Source: Eledone cirrhosa (lineage: Eukaryota). From it: a stretch of DNA of 64,000 bases. The position numbers and the translations under genes are program-made. The DNA is taken from positions 44,516,001 to 44,580,000 of the forward strand of contig OZ024746.1 in the NCBI GenBank assembly GCA_964016885.1. Reading direction: 5' to 3'. How positions within the stretch are numbered: the first letter of the stretch is position 1; each line of letters opens with the position of its first letter. The notes below the pieces were generated by a model. The model searched no databases. It was not told where the DNA came from and saw nothing but the letters and a program-made list of their open reading frames with translations. Positions 53,638-64,000 of the stretch are shown here, piece after piece.

Positions 53638-54541
53638 GTGTGTATGTATGTATGTATATGTGTGTGTGTGTATATATATGTATGTCTCTCTATTTATATG
53701 TCTATCTTCGTATCTATGTGGATATATGTGTGTGTGCGCATGTATACACATATATGTGTTTATGTGCATATGTGTGTATGTGTATATATGTGTGTGTGCA
53801 CACACATGTATATGTGAGTGTGTATATGTGTGTGTGTATATGTATGTGTATATATATATATATGTGTATCTATGTGCGTATATATGTCTATATTCGTATG
53901 TGTATATATATATGTATATATATGTATATATATATATGTATATATGTATGTGTTATATATATATATTATTTATTATTATAATATAACTTATGTGTATGTG
54001 TGTATATGTGAGGGTGTGTATATGTATATATATGTGTATATATGTGTGTAAAAAAATATATATGTGCATGTCTGTTTTTTATGTGTGTGTATATATATAT
54101 ATGTGTATATATATGTATATGTGGGTGTTTGTATGTGTATTTTTGGTTGTATGTGGGTGTGAGTATATATATATAAGTGTATGTGTGTATATATATATAT
54201 ATATGTGTATATATATCTCTATTAATGCGTGTATATATGTATATGTATATGCCTTTTTCTTTGTATGTCTGAGTTGGGTGAGGGTGTAGTGGTGTTTCTA
54301 TGTATATACGCATATATGGATGCGTATGTATTTGTATATATGAGTATATGTAAGTGCGTATGTATGTATGATTATATATCTAATTCTATGTATGAGTATA
54401 TATGTGTGTATGTATGTTGTGTGTGTATGTAAGTTTATGTCTATGTGTGTATATATATATGTATGTATGTGTGTGTATGTATCTATGTATGTGTATGTAT
54501 GTACATATATGTCTATGTATGTGTGTATGTATATGTATGTA

Positions 54542-54608
<67 letters not shown>

Positions 54609-54853
54609 TCATTTTTTATATATATGTGTGTGTGTGTATGTGTGTGTGTGTGTGTATATATATCTTTATATATGTGTATGTGTATGTTCGTGTAGGTGTA
54701 TGTGTGTGTATGACTAAATATGTATGTGTGTATGTGTGTATGTGTATATATATCTATGTGTGTGTACATGTATGTATGTGTATGTATGTGTATGTGTGTA
54801 TATGTGTATATGTATGTATATGTATATATATATGTATATATATATATATATAT

Positions 54854-54885
<32 letters not shown>

Positions 54886-55172
54886 GTTTCTCTATTTGTA
54901 TATGTATATGTGTATAGATATATACCTTTTTCTTTGTATGTCTGAGTTGTGTGAGAGTGTAGTGGTGTTTGTATGTATATACCGATATATAGATGCCTAA
55001 GTATTTGTCTGTATGTATGTATGTATGTCTGTATGTATTTGTGTGTATATATAGGTATGTATGTGTATATCTGTATGTATATATGTATGTAAGTGTATGT
55101 ATATGTGCGTGTATGTGTGTATATATATGTGTGTCTATATAGTATGTGTGATTATATGTGTATGTATGAGTG

Positions 55173-55219
<47 letters not shown>

Positions 55220-55381
55220 ATTTATATATGTGTATTTATATGTATGTGTGTATATGTATGTATGTGTGTATATGTATATGTTTATATATGTGTGTGTATG
55301 TATGTTCTAAGTGTGGATGTGTGTATATGTATGTATGTGTTTGTATGTGTGTATGTGTATATATATGTGTGTATGTACGTG

Positions 55382-55451
<70 letters not shown>

Positions 55452-56436
55452 CTTGATATATTTCTTTTTTCTTTTTTCTTTTTCTTTTTCTTTTCTTTCC
55501 TTTTTAATGTTTATTTATTATTTATTATTTTTTATTTTCTTAGTTTATAGATACATCTATATTAAGCAGTCTGCCCAAACAGTTGAATACTGACCTCTCC
55601 CCCCCTCCCACCTAATTTCTGTATCTTGATCTAAATGTGTGTGCCAATGTTTATGTGAGTGAATTAATATCCATGTGCTTAGGATTTTATATCCACATAT
55701 ATATATGTGAGTGGGGGTGAGTGTGTGTTTGTATGTTCGTAGTTTATGTGTATGTTTATGCATATACGCGTGTGTATGTGTGATTGTACGGATATGAGTG
55801 AGTATGAAAATATGTATATACACTTATTTCATATTTATGTGTCTATACGCATCTTATCTGTGCATTATAAACTTACAGAGACATTAACCTTGAAATTTTG
55901 TATTTGCATCCATCCTTTTCGTATGCGTATACAAGTTGTGCATACATTTTTGTAAAATATGTGTAAGGGTAGTTACATGTATATACACACACCGAACTGC
56001 ATTAAACCTTTTGTATTTTCATTGGTCAATTTTGTTCCCAAACGGACCTGAAATTTTGAATTGTTGTTATTATCAATAAATATATTTCATTATTTCTGAA
56101 GACGGCGTATATATGTGTTGGTATGTATATTTAATCTTGATAGTTTGTATAATTTTGTATAATTTTGTACATAGATCTGTTGAATATGCATGCCAATTCT
56201 AACACATATATATCCTAGAAACGATCGTTAAATAATGAACTTTTTTTGTTTAATATAAGGAACTGTTTTCATTGTTTATTCATTATTTGTTTAATATTTT
56301 ATCTTGACTCTGTATACCGTTTATCTTTCACCGAAAGTGATTTTTCATTACATCTCTTCTTTCCATGATATCCGGAATACATTGAGTTCTTCATACGGAT
56401 TGGACACTACCGTAAACTCTTGGTAGATTTATCTAC
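50197..56436 (+). mobile_element. Right arm of palindromic Naiad-type element, with 49-bp central spacer and unpaired 3' tail
   Basis: Spacer 50197-50245, arm 50246-56302, tail 56303-56436 ending atctac before (TA)n. Confidence 0.93.
56086..56239 (+). ncRNA. Type I hammerhead ribozyme motif with ~115-nt stem II
   Basis: Stem I ttcattattt (56086-95)/aaataatgaa (56230-39); CTGAAGA at 56096-56102; GAAA at 56218-21; palindromic stem III CGATCG; predicted cleavage triplet GUU. Confidence 0.75.
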
Positions 56437-56460
56437 ATATATATATATATATATATATTT

Positions 56461-58075
56461 CTTTCTCCATCTCACAGTCTGTGGCCTACTCCAGTGCCAC
56501 GGAACACCCGCCCATCGCCTCACGGTCGAACAACGTACTATCTTCCTCTTACAGACCCACACTCCCCCGGCCTGAACTCCCCAACCTTATTCCTTTAGCG
56601 TTCGACCGCCCCCCTCCCCCACTTATCCCCCACTAACACCACTAACACACCCCTCCTTTTCACCGCCCACCCCACACTAACAATACTAACACCTCCACTC
56701 CACCCCTCATCTAACCACCCTTCCCCAACTAACATACTAACATCCCTTCCCTCCCCTCTTCTCCTCCTCCCCCCTCCTTATCACACGCACACACTCACAC
56801 CACCCACCCCACACGCAACTAACATCACTAACACCCTCCAACCCCGCGCACACGTACCCACACACCCTCGTACACCACCAACTCTACACACCCTACCCCC
56901 ACTAACCCCCACTCACACCTGCATTCCACCCCTCCCCACCTCCCGTCTACTAACACCCACTAACACCTCCTCACCAAACTACACACACACCAGTACACCA
57001 CACTCCCTCCATAGAACCACACACACCCTTCTCTCCCCACTCCACACTCACTCATCCCACTAACACCCCTACTAATACACACACACACAGACACACACAC
57101 GCACACACACACACACCCTCCTCACTCCAACTCTCACACCTACCCATCCTCGCCTCCCTACCCTTCCGCTGACTGCTGCTATGCCCTTCCGACCACTGTC
57201 TCAGCACCAACTGACCACAGCACTTCCACTGCTGACCACTTCCTGTTGCGCGCGCACCCCACATCTCTCCTCTTCCGACCACCGCTTCTTGGATTACCCA
57301 CACGCGTTTTGACTTCCAACCAAAATCTCCATACATCCGTGTAACTTACCACTTTCAACCATCCTCTAACACCATCACCTATATAACTCACCCACACACA
57401 CATCCCAAAACAAATTTTTTTTATCCACACGCCACCCACACCCACAACACGCTTAAACCACCACACACACGTGCTTCCCACCACATATTTACACCCTCAG
57501 CCCCCTGATTCCTCTCCCCCCACCCCCTATCCACACACGCACAGACCCTCCGACACACAAAAACACCCCCCACACACACCTTCCTGAACATGCAACCCCG
57601 TTCTTCCCCCAACCCGCACTTTCACATACACACACACACACACACACGCACACCTAACCACACACACCACCTTCAGCCCTCCCCGCTCGGACACCCCGTC
57701 TCCCTCTCCCCACTCCACCCGCCTCCACCTCTACTCACCCCACACCCTTCCACCACCTGTTTACCCCCCTTTTAATTTCAGTTTATTTTGATCATGCCTT
57801 TATTTTTAAATGTTCTCATTCCTTGTATTTTGATCATGCTTTATTTTTATTTATTATTTATTATATTTTTGTCTTTATTTGTTAATTTTTCATTCGCACC
57901 GTTTCCTTTCGCTATATGTCTCTCCACCACTCCCCTACACACCTTTTGAACTCTTACCTGAAGAAGGGCTTATGCCCGAAACGTCGTCCTCCACCTACCC
58001 CCCACTCTCCTGAGCGTGAATCTAATAAACATTTGTCGTACTGCCTCTCTGTTCTGTCCCTGTTCAATTGTTTAT
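56461..58075 (+). mobile_element. 3' remnant of a second Penelope-like element (Neptune-type GIY-YIG end, C/A-rich 3' region)
   Basis: 56468-56598 encodes HLTVCGLLQCHGTPAHRLTVEQRTIFLLQTHTP/GLNSPTLFL* with 1 frameshift. Hammerhead core and aataaa (58024) near the 3' end; (TA)n on both sides. Confidence 0.7.
57956..57988 (+). ncRNA. Minimal hammerhead core, stem I largely lost
   Basis: CTGAAGA-A-GGGC-TTAT-GCCC-GAAA-CG-TC; only 2 bp (ac/gt) of stem I remain. Confidence 0.55.
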
Positions 58076-58289
58076 TATATATATATATATATACATATAC
58101 ATACACACACACACACTCACACACACATATACACACACATACATTAATAACAATAATAATAATAATAATAATAATAACAATAACAACAACAATAACAACA
58201 ACAACAACAATAATAATATACATATACATATATATATACACACACACGCACACGCATAAGCATATCTACACACACACACACGATAGCAA

Positions 58290-59495
58290 CTAACAGCGCT
58301 GCGATCGAATGTGGCTTTTTAGCCCAGCCAATGATCTAAAATGTCTTGCACAGAGTCGGCAACCAAAACATTCACTGGGAATAGTCGGCTGTGGCTGGAG
58401 TTCGTGTACTTTTGCATGTCGCTTGAGCCCTCCTGCTGATTTACATTCTCTACCACATGTTTGGCAAGCATGATGAGTAGCATCTCCAACAGCAGCCTGG
58501 TAGACAACCACTGGTCTTACTTTATGACTGCGAAGATGACTTTCGAGTCCAGCTTTGCTTAGGCAGAGTCTTGCACATACGCTGCATGTCAGCACCATAG
58601 GAGGACCCTCGCCGTCTGGAAGTGCAACAGCAATGCCCTTCCTCACATCCCGCTTAACTTTCTCGTGTGCTATTCGAGATGCCTCAAAGGCAACTTTTCC
58701 CTCATATACAGTCTTTCTCCATTTATTACGATTAGCAGCAATATTCTCCCATGTATCAGCAGAGATGTTAGCGTCTTTCAGAGAGGCTTTCAAGGAATCC
58801 TTATACCTCTTTTTTGGCTTATGTGGCGGTCGTTTTCCTTTAACCAACTCTCCATAAAAGAGTTGTTTTGGTATTCTAGAATCCTTCATCCTGGCAAGAT
58901 GACCACTCCAACGGAGTCGTTGCTTAAGCACAAGAGCTTCTATACTGTCACACATAGAGCATTCCAAAATCTCGACATCACTGATGTGGTCCCTCCAGTG
59001 AACGCCATGGATCCGTCTGAGACACATCTGATGGAAACGCTCCAATTGCTTAAGGTGGCGTCGATATGTGACCCAGGTCTCGCAGGCATAAAGAAGACAA
59101 GAGAGCACACATGCCCTGTACACCTTTACCTTTGTCCTCCTGCATATGTCTCGCCGACCCCAGAGTCGCGTTTCTAGCTTTCCGAAAGCATCACTTGCTT
59201 TCCTAATCCTAAGTGAGATTTCACTGTCAAGGTTGCTGTATCGATTGACAGTGCTTCCCAGGTAGACAAACTGATCAACCACTCCAAGTCGTTTGCCATA
59301 CACATAGATGTTTGGTTCAGTGTACTGCTTACCGGGGGCAGGTTGGAACATGACGACGGTTTTCTTGAGACTGACAGTCAGACCTAGGACAGTGCAAGCG
59401 TCAGAAAATGCATTCAAAATGTGCTGCATATCACTCTCTGTGTGCGCTACAAGATCGCAATAATCTGCATACAAGATGTCTCTTATGATTGATGT
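58290..59495 (-). pseudogene. 5'-truncated RTE-clade ORF (RT C-terminal half + three C2H2 fingers)
   Basis: ILYADY (YADD mutated), FVYLGS, LLYACETW, RLRWSGH, PKQLFYGEL, then CSVC..H..H, CQTC..H..H and CRLC..H. The 5' end is joined to (ATGT)n. Confidence 0.88.
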
Positions 59496-59988
59496 AAATA
59501 CATACATACATACATACATACATACATACATACATAGTCTACAAATGGCTGCGATAGCTGGCACCTTCAAAATATGCAAAACATTCTTGCGATTCAAGGG
59601 ATGACAATTTCTTTTCTTTTACAACCTTGCCACCAGGAAGGTGGCCGGTCAAAAAAATATACTCGACCTAGTCAGACCTAGGACAGTGCAAGCGTCAGAA
59701 AATGCATTCAAAATGTGCTGCATATCACTCTCTGTGTGCGCTACAAGATCGCAATAATCTGCATACAAGATGTCTCTTATGATTGATGTAAATACATACA
59801 TACATACATACATACATACATACATACATACATACATACATACATACATACATACATAGTCTACAAATGGCTGCGATAGCTGGCACCTTCAAAATATGCA
59901 AAACATTCTTGCGATTCAAGGGATGACAATTTCTTTTCTTTTACAACCTTGCCACCAGGAAGGTGGCCGGTCAAAAAAATATACTCGA
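59376..59988. repeat. Tandem duplication (~290/320 bp) spanning the RTE 5' junction
   Basis: 59376-59666 is repeated at 59670-59988, differing in (CATA)n length. Confidence 0.9.
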
Positions 59989-60055
59989 AATTAAGAGAAA
60001 GAGAAAACATACATACATACATACATACATACACACACACATATATATATATATA

Positions 60056-60244
60056 CTTTTTAAATATTCTTACTCTTTGTGGACGAAGAAATTAATTAAC
60101 TATATTTGGAAGATAGTATAGTGAATTTATTTATTAATGTTAATTAATACATTTTGTTCTCTATTACTTGTAGTGGTAAACGTAGTGGTAAACGTAAAGT
60201 GGTATCCTTCATAAATGCTATGAAGGATGACATATAAAAGTATG

Positions 60245-60327
<83 letters not shown>

Positions 60328-60499
60328 ATATATATACATACTTTTAAGTGTTATCCTTAATAAGTGCTACGTTTACCACTACAAGTAATAGAGAACAAAA
60401 TGTATTAATTAACATTAATAAATAAATTCTCTATACCTATATCTTTCAAATATAGTTAATTAATTTCTTCGTTCACAAAGAGTAAGAATATTTAAAAAG
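60056..60499. mobile_element. ~445-bp palindromic element (MITE or fold-back) centred on (TA)n
   Basis: 60056-60185 is the approximate reverse complement of 60367-60499. Inner arms also pair, and there is TA on both sides. Confidence 0.75.
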
Positions 60500-61099
60500 T
60501 AGTGATTTACGCGTTTGTGTGTATATGTGTGTCGGCTCCGCAAAGTATGGATTCTTTTCTTTAACTTTCTCGGCTTGATTTTAACTTGTGTTGTGACAGC
60601 GATCATATATCGAGGCATTTAGCCCGATACCCGATCGACGTTGCCAGTTCCTCAACTTCCGGTACAAAATACTATGGATGCTATAATACAATTATTCTGC
60701 TACGTTTCTGTTTTCCTCAACTGGACACGTTTGTCTCTAGATTGAGTTTATATAACCAATTTTTACAGAAATGTGAAGATCGTTAACTGAATTCAGAACT
60801 ACATCTTAAGGGCATTTATTTTATTAAAACTGCTGTAATGAAATGTAAATCTGGTCTTAGTAAGAACCTAAAGAGGAGAACACTAAATATACTAAGACAT
60901 TTAGTTCGGTGCTCTCCTCTTTCTGCCAATATCCAACCCCGTAACCTTTATATATTAAATAAATTTTGTTCTGATTATCACGAAGCGAATCGTTCTGCAA
61001 CTAATTTGATTTAAATGTGATTCACTAACTACAATCAAGCATATTCTCATTGTTCTTACGTGATGGAGTATTATTCTAGGTATATAACTATGCATTCTC

Positions 61100-62010
61100 C
61101 TATTGCAATTACAAAGCATTATTATTATTATTATTATTTCTGCAACGCCTTTTCAAAAGCACTGACTGTTTTACCAGCCAACATTGCACTGAAATATTTC
61201 GCTTTTCTGATCACGTCTAATTCATTAACATATTATTTCATTGTAACTGGCACACACCTGTCAGGAATGGTTTGTATGTTAATCTATAAAATGTTGCACA
61301 TGCTAGGAATGTAGTTATTTCTGTAGTGTTTATTTTTGTAAACTTTGACCCACACTATATCAGTATATTTACTCTAGTCTTCTTAAACATTTCTGTTATG
61401 TTCTCTTGTCATTTTATTATTTACTTTCCTTACACTACTAGCTGAATACATTGACCCTAAAATTTCTCAGTTTACATAATGTAATATCTTTCACATTCAC
61501 AGACTAGAAAAGGTGTCCATAAACTTTCTAATTTCCTCAAGCATTATTGAGGCTTCTCAATCCACAACTATACGCCACTGTCTGCATTATCCAACATTTT
61601 TAACTCCTTTCATAAATCAGGTATTAAATGAATTGCGCTCCCTCTTTCTCACTTTTAATATCAATACCACAGCATCGTGGTAACGTTATATTTATTTTCC
61701 AAAATTTATTTATTCGAAATACATTGCTAGGCAGGAAAGCTCGTAAATTTTTCAGTATCTGTAATTTCGAATTTGTCTGTTATTCTCTCGGGGGTATATT
61801 CACATGACTTAATTTATATTAATTTCCTATATAAGCAGAAAATTGTAGATTTATAGGAAATGGGAAATGCAATCATATCAATACTATGTCTTTCTACGGG
61901 CGAGGTTTTGGTATCGTAAGTGAATTGAAATAGCCTATTTTTATAAGTTAGTGAGTAAATGTGGTACAATGGCCACCAATTTGTGAGTCTCGTTGTGTCT
62001 AACATGGAGG
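61100..62010 (-). mobile_element. Possible decayed hAT transposase relic
   Basis: Minus-strand ELDVIRKAKYFSAMLAGKTVSA resembles the hAT first-catalytic-D region (AKYFSIxxDxxTD). The rest is degenerate. Confidence 0.3.
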
Positions 62011-62399
62011 AATATATGACGTTGTAATAATGAGAAATGTAACAGAATCAGGAATCAGAATGCCTGTAAACTAGTACTATAGCTTACATGTGAGTAAATA
62101 TCTATCAATTAATCAATTAATTAAACGATCTTCGATGCTGGTTTGTGCAGCATTTACACTATCATCATTTAGTGGTACTACTCCGTCGTCGGTTTTACTT
62201 GAGGTTTATATCGGAACGACAACTCATTAAAGCTAGACAAGTTTCTTGTTTTAGAAGGAGTAATAGTTTTTTGAATATATTTATAGAAGATATATACATA
62301 TTACTTAAGGTTTATATCGGAACAACAACTGATTAAAGCTACACTATTTACTTGTCTTAGAGGGAATGATAGTTTTTTGTATCTATTTTTAGAATGATG

Positions 62400-64000
62400 T
62401 AGACATGCATTCAGCGAGTGTGTGTGTCATTGCAATTAGAATGATCTCAATTAGCATTCTTGTCTTTTTAAGACCGGAAAAGTTGATGTACAGTGATATT
62501 TTCTAGATATGTCTAAACATTGTGTATCTTTTTTTTTAAAGAGCTGGTGGATTGATAATCCTCATTGACGTAAATACCTAAGAGATTTTCTTTCTGGAAT
62601 AAGTCTATATTTCGCGTAAGACATATAGTTCTGGTGTGGATGACACAGGCGTTCAGAAAGGCTTAAGTTGTATGAAGTATGGTATCAACAGTATAAAGAT
62701 GGCTCTCACAAGTGACAGCAATTATGCCGTCAATAATCAAATGGAAGGTTATGGAAGTCACCACCAAAAGATTGTTACACCAAAGTCAATGGGAAGTCAA
62801 TTTGGTCTAACAGTATTCCTCTGATTCGAGAAATAAGAGAACTAGAGAAATACGTGGGTAACGAGGCCTGTAGATGTTCGCATCAGACACAGTCGAATGT
62901 TTGCAGTTATAAACTACAGACTACTATTGGATACTACATTAAGATTGAGTCTCCAGTATATATTTCCTTATGAAAATATGCTGAAGGTTAGAAGAAAGAG
63001 AGTTTCAAGTTGAAGAAGGAGGTAATTATTTGCATTTGTCCCTTCATGTTTTACATGTTTGAATCGAGATTGATAGATTGATATTTAGTATGGTCAGAGA
63101 GGTTGACCCAAAGGAAATGTAATACACTGAATCATGCTCTTAAAAACGAAACGAAAACAAGTTCCGAGATATAGAATGGAATATAGGGGTTAATGTTTAC
63201 TAAGTGTTTGTATTTGAGGAGAATAGTGTGAACGGGATGGAATATACGTAGTCTGGACTGGTTATCGTATTATCTTTGGGATTAGAAGAACTGTTTTTTG
63301 TTCATGTTCAACATAGATATGGTAATCAGGTAGTTTACCAAGTTTTTTAACAATTGACCGTACGTGCTGTGAAGGTCTAAATACGTTATCTAATGCTTTT
63401 AAAGTAGCCCGTTGAGTGATGCGGCTATTTCTAGAATGTTGATGCGACTAATTTCTTTATAATGTTCCTTTGTTTGTAATGTGGTTTAATTGCGATGCAG
63501 ATAGTTTCCAATTTTCCTCGTGTTTACTGTATGTTCTTTAAATGAATTTCCTATTATTTTTTATGTTGATCTTTATTTTTCTTGTGTTGTGTTTAGAATA
63601 GGTCTTTCTGTATATCACGTTGACTATTTCCATTGTGAAATTTGAGTAGATTTTTATTTGCTTTATGAGATGTTTTGTTTGAATGATTTTGTCATTCGTT
63701 TATTGAATGAATGTATTGCAGACTCTTTGTTGCTGGTCATAGTGCTAATGAATTCTGCAAACCCAAATTCAGTTTCATTGGAGTGGTTGTAATGGAATTT
63801 ACAATGTTTTTAAAAGTAATTTTGCTTTGTGAAAATCCTTTAATGATTATGGACAGGTTGTCAGAAGACAGTTGATTCAGTATTTCCCATATGATTGTTG
63901 TGGCTATATGTGTGGTCAGACCGTTATGTCTGCATAGATAAATGAGCGAGATTTATAGATAAGTTTAACAATATTTTGTCTACACTTATGCTATCTGTGT
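62400..64000 (-). mobile_element. Highly decayed Penelope-like RT relic
   Basis: Ordered minus-strand remnants NLGLQ, GNIYWRLN (cf. G..Y.Q..G), ITANI and NLPFD. Many stops. Confidence 0.4.

Noticed and set aside
59496-59597. N-terminal extension MNRKNV...MYVCMYVC on the RTE ORF
   Set aside because: Chance read-through from flank and (ATGT)n into the truncated RTE.

Overview
This is AT-rich, microsatellite-dense animal genomic DNA made almost entirely of transposable elements. The repeat types resemble octopus/cephalopod, which is inference only. No confident host gene was found; there is one candidate signal-peptide exon at ~24.4 kb. (1) At 1-22.5 kb, non-LTR retrotransposons are nested at (TAA)n tracts: five copies or fragments of one R4/Dong-like RT+restriction-like-endonuclease family (one with an intact 1130-aa ORF), one copy of a second R4/Dong-like family with a pseudoknot-rich leader, and a Tx1/L1-like element in the opposite orientation. 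(2) At 22.5-44 kb are decayed mariner, piggyBac, Helitron, RTE, Tx1 and SINE relics, a MITE, and several small fold-back elements sitting in (TA)n. (3) At 44.1-56.4 kb is a ~12.3-kb near-perfect palindrome of two head-to-head 5'-truncated Naiad-type Penelope-like elements (RT + GIY-YIG). Each has a ~4-kb microsatellite-like 3' region and a hammerhead ribozyme with a very long stem II. (4) At 56.5-64 kb are a Neptune-type Penelope 3' end, an RTE with three C2H2 fingers and further relics. The main unifying observation is one architecture (inverted arm + arm + unpaired 80-135-nt 3' tail, flanked by (TA)n) recurring from 130 bp to 12 kb. In three small copies the fold-back centre coincides with a helix of a hammerhead ribozyme 3' half, which suggests hairpin-primed snap-back integration by Penelope-like machinery. 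All calls were made by eye, with no searches run.
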